Positions 13,570 to 26,176 of a DNA stretch of 64,000 nucleotides are shown piece by piece (position 1 is the first letter of the stretch; every line of letters starts with the position of its first letter). A program made the translations under genes and the position numbers. The stretch comes from Mytilus californianus (lineage: Eukaryota): the NCBI RefSeq assembly GCF_021869535.1, contig NW_026262723.1:71796001-71860000 (forward strand). The letters run 5' to 3'. A model generated the notes under the pieces. It was not told the DNA's origin. It searched no databases and saw nothing but the letters and a program-made list of their open reading frames with translations.

Positions 13570-14248
13570 AGGGGCATTAGCTGTCAAATTCATGTTTACC
13601 GATTTGACTCAAACTCTCATATTCGACTTATAACATACTAAAACGTATATTCAAATTAAAAAAAGTGTAAAATAAACAATTTACGATGCATAGACTCGAT
13701 AGTATGTATCAGCATTTCTTGTGTATTTTAGTCTAGACGCCATCTAATTAACCATCAAGGCGACCTTCTGAAGACCGCCGACGGTCATCTTACCCGATTT
13801 AAACATAAACAAAGATATAAATAGATAGCAAACTCGTGCAATTGGATTTTTCTAGGTCTGTTTCATTTGAAATTATAGGTTAAATCAATATGTTAATAAT
13901 CGTTTTTACCTGTATAAGAATGAGTTTTTGTAGATCGAATCAGTCAACCAAATGGTTTACCCTTGTTTCACTTCCAATTCTTTTATTTTTAATACCTGAA
14001 CACGTCTAGTTCATGCGTAACCCATCTCTAGCTAGGGGGTTCAATTGAAATTCACATGAATATGGATTTAATGAGGTCGAATTATCCACTTGCAAGTGAA
14101 TAATTCATAAGCGATGTTTCTTTGCTTATTTTGACAGAACTGAACCAGACTGGCTGCTAAAAGCGAATTATTATTTCACTATTTCACTTTCATTAATGAT
14201 TGAACAAAAAAAAATCTTTTTTGTTTATATCTCGTAGCTAATGCCCCT
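13570..14248. mobile_element. 679-bp MITE, Kolobok-type
   Basis: 13-bp perfect TIR aggggcattagct / agctaatgcccct; TTAA on both flanks (13566-13569, 14249-14252). Confidence 0.8.
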
Positions 14249-14433
14249 TTAACATGTTTAACGAGAACACGAATCATAAAATAATAAAAGTATTTGTTCT
14301 TTGAAAACGTAATTGATAGAAACATGCAAAAGTAGGATAGATTCAATTGAATATAGCTAAATCTCTAAATGAAATCGTCCACAATGGACAAATGAGAATG
14401 AGTATTCTGTCAAATTTTTGAGTTTTTAAAACT

Positions 14434-17110
14434 AGGCAGTGGCTATTTTGCCGCCGTCGGTAAAATAGAAAATATGCTATGTTGTCGTCTTTAATTTAAA
14501 TATCTTAATCAAAACAAGCAAAATAGCATATTTCGATAGCAATGACTATTTTGTCGGCGCCGGCAATACAGTGAATTTGACGTGACTAGAATTTCTCCAA
14601 CATCGGAGATGAATAACATTGTTTTACAATCCAAATGATTTAGGCCCGTTTCTGATGGCAAAGGTTCCGTACTGGGAAGTTGTTGTAAATCAATACACGA
14701 GACTGGATAAATGAACGTTCACATACTTTATTTTTCCATCCAACATATATACAATCACAGTTCATAAAGTATATTTACAAAATAGTAATCATGGCAACAT
14801 ACATTAACCCGCCGCTACTCGCAGATCGAGAGCGGGGCGAACCGATGCGTCACATAGTTCTCTCTCTTTTCTCTACCTCTCTTTGGTTTCAAAATTAACC
14901 TTTATAAAACATGATCATAGAAGCGTTTTGACCAATGAAAATAGAAAAAGGTACTTCTAAACAAATAGTTTCCAAACAATGAAATATATCAAAAGCAGAT
15001 TAAATTAAGAATTAGTGTTAATTGACATTATTCACTCTATATAAAGTTCGGGTGTTGACAAATAAATTACATTGATGACCATTGTTGTCAAAAAGTATTC
15101 TCACGACATAATCTTAATCTTAATCCATAAATATTTCCATGTAACGCTAAAACGGCTTATAAATGTCTTTTGTGAAAATATTTGAAAAATAGTTCAAAAC
15201 CTTGTTTCCCTAACAAAATGCACTCCTTCCGTAATAAAAATATTGAAACTTAATTACTCATAAGAAATAATGACTTTTGATACCAAACACGACATAAAAA
15301 GATGAAAATGCTAAAATACACAATTTCACGCATTTTTACAACATGACAACTCTCCCAACATCCCTCTAGCTTCGGACCCCGAAGCTGTATACATTTTGAC
15401 ATCAACATCTACATTTGACATAAACTTTTCTCAATTTTTATAATCTTGCATATTAATTTTGAAAAAAAAAAATATATCATGCGGACGAACCTCTACTTCG
15501 TAAACGTAATTGAGAACCATTTACACGAAAATAAAAACCAAGTAATATACAAAAATAAAACATCGTCTATTTAATGCTAGGTTTTGGTCCGTTGAGGTTC
15601 GAAATTCATCTAAGGCAGGCCCCTATAACCTCCTTAAAATTTCAACCCGGACAGAATACCGTTCGCACTTTCAATAGAACAATATCTTGGTCAAAGTTAT
15701 CAGAATGCCTTCCTTAGCTTTGGATAACCTGTCAATTGCCTTAATTAGCTTTGTGACAAATACCAACGATATCCAGTTTTCTGTTTTCGTAGATTACAAG
15801 GTGCGTGATCATGGGTTTTAAATCGCTCGCCTTCATGAAGTAAAAAAAATTGCTTAAAATATTACACATTTATATTAATTTTGACTGAGCTTATACAAAA
15901 TTTCTAGTAGTTGATCAGACTACGTTTAGCACTATAAACATCAAGAAAAAAGAAACAATAGACCGGCTATTGGACTTCAACTAGATACGAAATCGTTCAA
16001 TTAAAAGCAATAAAATATGCAAGTGTGAAAAAAAAATGTTAAATATAAAGCAAATGTAATATAAATTCAAACTGAAGTTCAATACAAGTGTAAGTAATTT
16101 CCAATAGTATCTCATTTCACAATTAAAATCGAACCGTTTTCTCTTCACACGGCACATCACATCAATGGTAGAATCAAGAATTAGTGTTAATTGACATTAT
16201 TCACTCTATATAAAGTTCGGGTGTTGACAAATAAATTACATTGATGACCATTGTTGTCAAAAAGTATTCTCACGACATAATCTTAATCTTAATCCATAAA
16301 TATTTCCATGTAACGCTAAAACGGCTTATAAATGTCTTTTATGAAAATATTTGAAAAATAGTTCAAAACCTTGTTTCCCTAACAAAATGCACTCCTTCCG
16401 TAATAAAAATATTGAAACTTAATTACTCATAAGAAATAATGACTTTTGATACCAAACACGACATAAAAAGATGAAAATGCTAAAATGCACAATTTCACGC
16501 ATTTTTACAACATGACAAATTTGTTATTTTGCCGCTTCTTTGTAAAGAGTGAATTTTAATTATTTACTTGTGAAAAACACTACGAAAATGTGCATTGTTA
16601 ACATAAAAGAATCAAATTATTATTCGACATATAGTTGAATAAGATAAATGTCACAATATTTGAGATAAAATCGTTTAAAAACATTTATGAGTCCAAGTGA
16701 AAATAAGAATTTGTAAAAAGGAATAAAAATAAAAACTATTGAGCATCCATTTGTAGCAATGAAATCATATCAAAACATGTAGTTGAAATTACTTCTCAAA
16801 TCAGTCTAATGCTACATGTATGCATAAGAATAAGATCTCAATTTTTAAACTATGCTGTAAAAAAAAAATGAAAGACAAAATCTCATAGCATAACGAATTG
16901 ATAAAAACATTATACAGTCTAAAAAAATCAATCACATAGCTTCAAAATCAAAAATGTTTAGATTACATTTAGTTTTGAAGCAATAGTCAGTTTTGAATTG
17001 CATATCTGTAAACACAATTTTTTTTACTGGTATGCTGGCTTCCGCTTACCGAAAGTTGGCAAAATAGCATATTTTTAATTTTGGCGGCGCCGGCAAAATA
17101 GCCACTGCCT
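14434..17110. mobile_element. ~2.7-kb non-autonomous TIR DNA element, possibly Kolobok-type
   Basis: ~48-bp imperfect TIRs beginning aggcagtggctattttgcc; right flank TTAA (17111-17114), left flank AACT; no intact transposase ORF. Confidence 0.6.
15007..16518 (+). repeat. Two 343-bp direct repeats (15007-15349 and 16176-16518)
   Basis: Base-by-base reading shows only 2 substitutions between copies; 826-bp spacer. Confidence 0.93.
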
Positions 17111-18868
17111 TTAAACTATTACTTTATCTAGCAAAAAAGTTCCGGGAAAATATAAAAAAGGATTCATTGAACCATTTGAAAGCATTATATTTCAATTTTT
17201 ACAAATGACTACATATTTCATGCGCTTTAGGTACAATTAGAGATAGCAGTACTATGTAATGTGGTCAGTGACGTATAAATGGCAGTATTATAAGAAACTA
17301 TTGTTCATTCAAGTGTTTAATTCTGAATGTTTGCTTTGAGAGTAAGCATGTTATCCTCTGGAATGAGATGATGTTTATGAGTGGTTATGGTGTCTGATGA
17401 CTTTTGTACAATTATGATGTGTTCTATGATTATTGAAGTACATGTAATGCTATGTACTGTCTATACACAATGTTTATCTTTATCTGTGTTTTCATGTTTT
17501 ACTTCTTTACTAGAAAATAAACTTTTCTGTGTCTAAGTGAATCACGGTTTTCTTTCCATTTCAAATAAGATGATGTGGTGTGATCAACTATCTCCATACT
17601 TTTTTACGACTGTACCTCGCTCGCCAAGATATTTTACAGCTTTCAATCTAAATACCTTCTGCCCAATAGAAGACATTCATTGCTTATCTTTTAAAATCTT
17701 TTATTACTTTTAATTTAATCTATGATATAGAATTATGTTTGTTTACATGTAGTCTGCAATTTCTATTTCGTGAATATCAATACAGAAAACGAGTATTCGG
17801 GCCACTTATACAAAATTTAATTGAAGCGCTTTTCGCAGCTTAAACGTTAATATTAGTAAGTTTCTGTTAATAGAGTTAAAAAAAAAACAAGATATAGGGA
17901 CGAGATTCAAGAAATATTTTGTAAAAAAATTCTTGTGGTAAAATGATTATAAAGTTACAAGAACGTTAATGAAAACAATTTTAACGTTACGCGCAAATGG
18001 CTAAAATACCATTGTACCTTGGTCTTTTTTAACGCCTTGGAAAATTATACAAACACAGTTGCAAGTCTAATGGTTATCATTTTATGAACTACACTAGTAA
18101 GTGATCCTTCTGCAGTAATTTCGTCAATTTCTGAGACGGGGCCGTTTTTAACCCTTCGTGGCCCTACTCCTTTACTTTTCGGAACTCATTGAGTGACGTC
18201 AGTGGTCTTCGGAATAACCTTAACTGACAGAAACATGAGAAAGAAATATATAGGACATCGCTTCAAAAGTAAATCGAACCAACTAAAACACTAACGTATT
18301 GGCGAGGACTTTTTTTTCCGATAAGGTATATAACACAATTTATGTTAATATATTTGTCCACCGAATTATGATTTTATGAAGCTGAAAGTGCACTGTGGGT
18401 ACTATAAGAAGTACCCTGTGTACGCTGGGTACGTTTCATGTAAGGAAAATTACCTATGATGAAATGAAAGCTGCCAAAGATACCCAGGTTAAATTTATAT
18501 CAATCTTAAAATCGTACACAGGTTGTTTTTTTTGGAAATTTTTGGTAATTAAGTTGATGTAAGTCTTCTGCCAACAGTCTGCACCAAAATCTTTTCCGAC
18601 GTCTAGTCCGAAGACCAATATTCCAACATTTTTCTAAATTGAACAAAGTTTTGCAAAAAAAATTATTAGTCTGGGGCATCGCACTAGTGGATAACGGTGC
18701 AGACTAAGCCAATTAATTTATAAAGAGAAATAAGCATGCGAACCGAAACAAGATTAGGATCACAAACATTTTCTGTTGTTTTGTAATTTTATTTTATTTT
18801 TGAATGCTTTGAACTTTTCAATGTTTTTAGTCTTTTTCTTGTTTTTATTAAGTCTTGGAGTTCTATGT

Positions 18869-18989
18869 TTAGGCTAGAGATATGATTCACACCAAAATGG
18901 GTGGATATTGGATTAATTTATATGAAATTAGGCTAGAGATATGATTCACACCAAAATGGGTGGATATTGGATCAATTTCTATGAAATTA
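18869..18989. repeat. 59-bp tandem duplication (2 copies)
   Basis: ttaggctagagatatgattcacaccaaaatgggtggatattgga... at 18869 and 18928. Confidence 0.9.
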
Positions 18990-19112
18990 TGTCCCAATGT
19001 TAAATGCTGTATAAAAGTTTAAGAAAATCAAAGACCAATATTAGATCATTTACGATCACTTTGAATGATATAAAATCGGCTCTAGATTAATTTTACATAG
19101 AAAAAATTTCTT

Positions 19113-19230
19113 CTCTTCCATCTCCCACCCCCTTTCTCCCACCTCCCACCTCCCAACCCCATGCCTCCCACCTCCCACCACCTCTTCTCCCACTTCCCTA
19201 CCCCCTTTCTCCCACCTCACTTTTTAGCTG
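19113..19230 (-). repeat. C-rich (ctcccac)n low-complexity tract; G-quadruplex-capable on the minus strand
   Basis: More than 10 runs of 3 or more C separated by short spacers. Confidence 0.7.
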
Positions 19231-19596
19231 TCCACCCCTCATCTAAACATGAATGCATGATAAACTTCTGAGAACATTTTGAAAATACTTAGAGAGATTA
19301 AATATTGTTTCCTATATAAAGTATAAAATTGGCCAGCAAAAGATATTAACCTCATAAATATTTCAAAAATAAAAATGCTCAATTGTTTATCCATATAGAT
19401 AATTCACGCTACATCCTTTCAATTTGAAGGTTTAACTTACCTCTTTGTCTAACCATAAAATAAACAGCAAAAATAATTGATATACTACAGTAACGGGTGA
19501 AACTCTTTTTAGGATACCCACAAACTTTCTTCCCTTGTATACATTGCATATAGTTTATATACCGAGTAAGCCTCATTTCTAAAATTCTTTCAGCTA

Positions 19597-21724
19597 ATAT
19601 AAAAAAGAAGATGTGGTATGAATGCCAATGAGACAACTCTCCACAAGAGACCAAATGACACAGAAATTAACAACTATAGGTCACCGTACGGCCTTCAACA
19701 ATGAGCAAAGCCCATACCGCACAGTCAGCTATAAAAGGCCCCGAAATGACAATGTAAAACAATTCAAACGAGAAAACTAACGGCATAATTTATGTACAAA
19801 AAATTAAAGAAAAACAAATACCGGTATGTAACACAGAAACAAACGACAACCACTGAATTACAGGCTCCTGACTTGGGACAAGCACATACATACAGAATGT
19901 GGCGGGGTTAAACATGTTAGCGGGATCCCAACCCTCCCCCTAAACTGGGACAGTGGTGTAACAGTACAACATAAGAACGAACTATAAAAAACAGTTGAAA
20001 GAGGCTTAACTCATCAGATGGATAAAAATACAAATACTACAAATACAAGTGGACGTGGCCGGGTACTTGTACGTCCAAACAACAAAAAGACACTAAGTTC
20101 AGATCTGAGAGTACTCGCAGTTACTAACAGCTAGTTCAAAGCCACTTACAACTAATAAAAAAAATTATGCATCTAAGACTAAATTATCAATCCGTACACA
20201 TCCAACATCCAATGGATTTAGTGTAAAGACATCATAAACAGTCAGAAAAAAACATGACCTTGTGCAATGCCAAGATACAGGTATCGACAGATTGTAGATC
20301 CATGAATGTGTATATGTATATAACAATAATATTTAGTTTGCTTTTAATTTACTGATAACAAAATCAATATTAGTACCAATAAAAACAATATTTAATGATC
20401 TAATTACAGTGTTGAATTGGTAACCTTTTAGAATATGTTTATTTAAAGGATCGATAAGTTTACCAGGATCGTTTCTAAATATCCGGGCACGGTAAACAAT
20501 ATTGCCGTAAAAATGAGGATGTGCAATCCCGTTTGAAATAAGTTTTCTACAGGTACAACCAAACTTCAAAACCAAATCTTTATATCTGTGAAATAATTTA
20601 GTAAAGGTTTTAAGTAATTTGTGGTAACGAAATCCCTGGCTTAATAATTTACCAGTAATACATAGATTACGTTCGTTAAAATCAAAAACGTCACAACAGA
20701 CACGGGCATAGCGAACGAGTTGTGAAATATAAACACCGTAAGATAGTGCCAAAGGAACATCACCACCCAAAAAGGGAAAATTAACAATAGGGAACGAAAA
20801 ATCGTCCCTTTTGTCGTAAATTTTATTGTGGAGTTTCCCGTGTAAAACCGAAATATCTAAATCTAGGAAAGGACAGTTGTTATCGTTTAAATTTGATTTA
20901 TTTAAAGTAACTTCCTTTGGGTAAATTTCGGCAGTATATTGAGAAAATTCTTGATTATTTAACGAAAAAATATCATCAAGATAACGGTAAGTGTTGTTGA
21001 ATTTATCAATTAAATGCAATTTACACGGGTCTTTACTGAGTTTGATCATAAACTATGATTCATAACAGTACAAAAACAAGTCTGCTATTAAAGGGGGGCA
21101 ATTGGTGCCCATAGGAATACCTACAACCTGTCGATAAACTTTGCTGCCGAAACGTACATAAATATTATCAAGGAGAAAATTAACAGCTTCAGTCATCTCA
21201 TCACACCTCCAGTAAGTATATCTAGCATATTTACCTTTCTCATTAGAGAAGAAGGCTTTAAATGAGTTGTAGTAAATATATTTGCATTCAGATTTACCAA
21301 ACGACCATTTAATTAAATAGTCAAATTTTTGTTTGATAAGATTGTGTGGAAGTGTAGTGTAAAGAGTAGAAAAGTCAAAACTGTCAACAGAATCAAAAAG
21401 ACCATCAAAAGCACGTAATTTATCTAAAACATCCAAAGAATTTTTTACACTCCAAAAATAGTTAATTCCACTATTTTCATATATTTTATTACAATAGTTT
21501 ATAAGCTCTTTGATAGTAGTTAAGGAACTTGTTAAAAGCGCTGAAAGATTAGTTGTAGAACACTTACTAGAGGCCGAGATGAAACGATATTTTACTGTTT
21601 TTTTGTGTAGTTTAGGTAACCAATATATAGTAGGGACCTTAAAATGTTCAGAAGAAGCCTTAAGCTGTGATGTGGTTATGATATGTTTGTTACATGTAAC
21701 TATATGACTCTCTGTGGGGCGCAT
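19597..21724 (-). mobile_element. Penelope-like element (probably Naiad clade): RT ORF with one nonsense codon, plus a ~730-bp 3' tail
   Basis: YWLPKLHK..RFIS, SFDFSTLYT.LPH, GIPMGTNC.PLIADLFL, RYLDD, FLDLDI, KIYDKRDDF..IVNFPFL, SYGVYISQLVRYARVC; in-frame TAG at 21050-21052; no GIY-YIG domain in the retained part. Confidence 0.88.
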
Positions 21725-22415
21725 GGACTTTTTTTTAGAATTCTTACAGCGTCAATTTATATATTTAGAATTTATTTAATTTTCCAGAAAGCGTTGCCTA
21801 TATATTACAGTAATGATTTTACATTGGTCTGCTTCCTTTCCGGTGAAAATTACAAAAAAGCATTCAATTCTTATATTACATTTTAATGCTATAAAAAATT
21901 AAATTAAGCCTTTCGTTTGATTGTCTATGCATAGTTTTAACGTACATATGTAAAGCACACGCAGTCATAGATGTTGAATTTTATTGGGAAATAAAATATG
22001 ACGTTTGGAAAGCTCCGACCAATTAAAATTACGGATTCGTATGAAACTTCTATGTAATGGAGTTATAAAAAAAAAAATTCACGATTTTATCAAATCGGTT
22101 GACATGTGACAAGTGGTCAGTTATACGGGAATATTACAGTAAAATGTTTCATATAGCAATTCAGAAAGCAAACAAGGAATCGTTTGACTTTTTCTATCTG
22201 ACTTTAAATTCAATTAATAGTGTATTGAATCCTTGAGAGTAAATAGATGAACACATGTAATTCAATTAAAAAAATAAGGTCAGTGAACAGAACTTTTAAT
22301 TAACATAAAAAAATTAAATCAACCTTGTGCATGGCTACACGTAACTTCACTTGCTGATACTACTCCGCAAAAATTATGGACCTATACTATCGGTTGTCTT
22401 TTGAAGCATGTACTC

Positions 22416-23010
22416 TCAAGAAGTATCCAAGTTTTTAATTGAGCTTCTGTCAAAGCCTGTTTCTTTTGGATCAAGTACAAAATAGTCCTTCGTCTGACTA
22501 GAATTTGATTCTTTTCCAGAACTGTGACATTTATGATTTTCGTACGTAGTTTCGTTTGGGTCAAGGATAAAGTATTCGTGTGGCTCACTCGATTTCTTTG
22601 AGTGAGTATCATATTGTGAATTTGTGATGTTTGTTGCAAATTCCGCATAATCATAATGTTTGGCTCCAGTTTTTCCAAGAATTTCCGTAAAACCTTTCTC
22701 TGTTTGTCGGACTTCCTCATATGTGGCATTAGTCAATGCCGATTGTTTATTCTGGTCAAAGGAGTCATACACGGTCATATAAGAATGTGGTTCGATATTA
22801 TTGTATTCACTTTCACTTTGCGGGGAATTTTTAAATTCTCTGTAGTAATGACTATCTGTTTCATTTCCAAGTGTGGTATAGTTTTTATTATTTTCTTGAA
22901 TATCAGAAGCGTTTGAGTGGATGTAAGTAGCATTTTGATTCCCTGTGTAACCTTGTGCACCATTTTTATTTTCATAAGGGACATTCCTTGCAAAACAGGA
23001 CAAAGAAAAA
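22416..23010 (-). CDS. Lectin receptor, last exon: Tyr-rich cytoplasmic tail
   Basis: Acceptor tatattttag|T at 23010 (phase 2) is in frame with the upstream TM exon; open to TGA at 22416-22418; 16 Tyr. Confidence 0.8.
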
Positions 23011-23541
23011 CTAAAATATAAAATGATATGTTAATGAATTAGAATTTGTTCTGCAAATATTGATTATATTGATACAAAGCACTGAATTATGATAAACATA
23101 TACCTTTATAATGCTGTCATTTTTTTTTAGGTTAATGTAGGTAATGTCAATGATAAAAAATATCTAGAATTGTGGCAAAACAAATGAATCAGAGAAAAAG
23201 TTTTTAACAAGTTACGTTAAAATTTTCATGTTCTACTACTCAGTACATACAACTTGAAAAGTTGTTAACAAAACCAATAAAATACTCATAAACCAGAGAA
23301 GTGACATTTGAATTCTTTTTATAAAGCAAATTTATAAAAATGCTTATCTTCCAGTAAATGAAATTAATAAGTATATTCAGATTGCAGTCTAAATTTCACT
23401 AATGGTATAACTTTGTAGAATCAACACATTCTAAATGAACGATTTTTAAAAGTTTCAGTTTAATACCTAGTAAACGCTTAAATGCAAATCAAATACAGTT
23501 TTCAATAAATATGAATAGATCTTGAAACCCTCAATACGTAC

Positions 23542-23611
23542 CGTTTAAAAATGAAGATTAAAATTATCAAAGCAATGAAACCAACACCTGTTATAATGCC
23601 TGCAACCAATC
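23542..23611 (-). CDS. Lectin receptor, transmembrane exon (GLVAGIITGVGFIALIILIFIFKR)
   Basis: ttttttcag|G acceptor, CG|gtacgt donor; hydrophobic helix followed by KR stop-transfer. Confidence 0.85.
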
Positions 23612-24463
23612 CTGAAAAAAGAGGATTTACTTTATATCTTGTAAGTCCTTTACTTACGCATGCTTGTAAATATTAATACATATGTGCAAATTTAATTGAC
23701 ATTTGTGTATGGTCAAAGACCGTATGCGACCTGTAGATATCTTCTGGGTTTTCGTATTGTTGCGTTGCTGTCCCATTGACGTATGCAACCACACTCTCCT
23801 TTTATTTATACTTGGTTCATCACTATAATTTCCCTATAAATGTTTATATTGATTATACAAGTATTTAATTGGATATCTCCCATGCTACATTCACAGAGTG
23901 CTTTTTTCAAATTATATCTCTTCAATTCAGATTTATTAATGAAAATTAAATTATTTTTATCCACAACTACTATAACTGAAATTGTTTGTGATCTACACAT
24001 GCTTTACCAGCATACTCTTATCTGAACAGACTTGAATGGACCATGTGTGATTCATTTTTGTTTGTATGTCTTTTTTTCCGGAGCAGTCGGGTGACCCATG
24101 GTTGGTGGTTGATGCGGTATGTTGTAATGGGTTGTATTTTAGATTATTCTTGATTTTCGTTTTTTATCTACATTGCAAAAAAATAATTCATTTGTGTCGA
24201 TGTTCAATAGAAAACTTAGAAATTATTGTAAGGTGTCCTTTAGTACCTTGTAGTGACTGTCGCATCACTTGGAAGTTCTTTCGTGCTGAACTATTTGTTT
24301 TTTTCTTTGAGTACTTCATATTGTGTTAGAGACACCTTCCTCGTTTGTTTCAGGTATATCTATCCCATATCAATTATTTTCCATATACTATGATGTTGTA
24401 ATAAAATTAACATTAAGTAATGTTGAAAGTGGAAAGGCGAGATTGATTAATACATTTACTAAC

Positions 24464-24535
24464 CTGCTATGCTTTTGTTGCTGTTCATCTTCATTTGACT
24501 AGATGTGGATTGGTTGATATGTTTTGTTGATATAC
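24464..24535 (-). CDS. Lectin receptor, stalk exon (GISTKHINQSTSSQMKMNSNKSIA)
   Basis: atttatttcag|G acceptor, AG|gttagt donor; 72 nt, phase 1-1, open. Confidence 0.7.
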
Positions 24536-25164
24536 CTGAAATAAATCAATAGCACGGTAGGTATAGTGTCCGGCTAGGATCGTGGTTTTTCGAGTGAATC
24601 TGTCCATTTTTTTTCGAGTGTAGATCGGGCTTTTTCGAGTGATAAAACATGCGATTAGGTCAATTAACTGCTAATTCGTAATTAAAATAGTCTTTTACAT
24701 GACTACCCATCTTATTTGAATACTACACATGTTTTGAGTAAGTTCAATTCCTTGTATTTAACCATTAAATTCAGTGTTTGTTATTGTCCGGGTTTTTTCG
24801 AGAGGAACTGTGAAACCGTCCGGGTTTTTAAACAAATGGTCCGGGTTTTTTTTAACAGAAATTTTAATAAGAAAAAAGGAATTCTTGACTTTAAAAAATG
24901 ACTTTTCTAGTTTATAAAAGTAATTTTATGAATGACAATATCATATTTTCTCAATAAATCACCAAAACATATTACTACGTTGATCAAAATTAACCATTTT
25001 CAATTTAATGCACATTTTCTGTTCGGAAAACGTTCAACCACAACTTTCCAGTATTAAATTAGAAATTATTGGATTCTTTATTAAAAGGTCCTTAGAACAT
25101 AGTGCAGGGGGACTCATAATCATTTCAACTTCATTTTTATGGTACTTTTGTTGTCACAGTTAAT

Positions 25165-25935
25165 AGTTTTTTTCGCAGTGAACCCCGGAATTTTTATACG
25201 TATTATGGTATACCGTTGTCCGTCCGCCCGTCCGTCGTCAGCATGTCGGACAATAACTCAAAAACGCGGTAAACAATTTACATGAAACTCCGGTGAATTG
25301 TTTATATCTATTGAGGTATCCTCCCTTTAGAATTTTAAAATTTTTAGATTTTACGTTTCCGAGTTATGGGATTTTATTAAACAAACTAGAGGCTCTAAAG
25401 AGCCTGTGTCGCTCACCTTGGTCTATGTGCTGAAGTGCATATCAAACAAAGGACACTCTTCTATTTTAAAGACAAGAATAGAATTCATGACTAAATTCTG
25501 TTTTGGTGATGGTGACTTGTATGTAGATCTAACTTTACTGAACATTCTTGCTGTTTATTCTATCTATAATGAACTTGGTCCATAAGTTTCAGAGGAGAAG
25601 ATTTTTTGTTAAAAAAATTGCGTTGCTCATGATCCGCTATCCTTAACATTAAAATACAGTTATTAAGCTGCTCAGATTGTGATCTGTTCAACAGCAATTT
25701 TAAAACACTCTAGACGTATAATTCCGAGCATCACGGGACAACACAATGAAAAAATTAACGGACGTCGACGACGGACAACGACGTATGCCAAGTGATGAGA
25801 AAAACTCGCTTGACCCTTTGGGGCCAGGTGAGCTAGAAAGGGATGACTTTACAGTTTTGCTTTGCGGAGTTTTCATGAAACTTTGGTGACTGCTTTATAT
25901 AGATTAAGGTAACCTCCCTTTTAGTTTTTTTCATA
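25165..25935. mobile_element. Nested Helentron-like (HINE) pieces inside the TIR element
   Basis: (gtcc)n tract at ~25217; inner element aactagaggctctaaagagcctgtgtcgctcacc (~25385) to ccaggtgagctag (~25835). Confidence 0.5.
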
Positions 25936-25965
25936 AATTTTTTATATGGCATTGAGAAATTATTT

Positions 25966-26176
25966 ATAGGTTTCATAACGAGTGAGAATGGATATCGCTT
26001 GATATCAACTCGAGTTATTTAATTTCAATATAATAATAAACGAGCCTCCGGTGATTTTATTATTACTTTTTGAATAAAATAACGAGGGGGAAATTACTTA
26101 CTTACTTACTTACTTGAATTAAATAACGAGAGTTGATATCAAGCGATATCCCATTCTCACAAGTTGTTAAACCTAT
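25966..26176. mobile_element. ~210-bp foldback MITE
   Basis: ~60-bp imperfect TIRs (ataggttt...gtgagaatgg..atatcgcttgatatcaactc..gttatttaatt). Confidence 0.8.

Noticed and set aside
21050-21052. In-frame stop in the PLE RT as selenocysteine recoding (reported for some Naiads)
   Set aside because: The codon is TAG at a position read as Gln (CAG) in the second copy, not TGA; simple nonsense mutation
22382-22993. Overlapping ORFs 22382-22729, 22775-22993 and 22656-22916
   Set aside because: Alternative or antisense frames of the receptor's last exon
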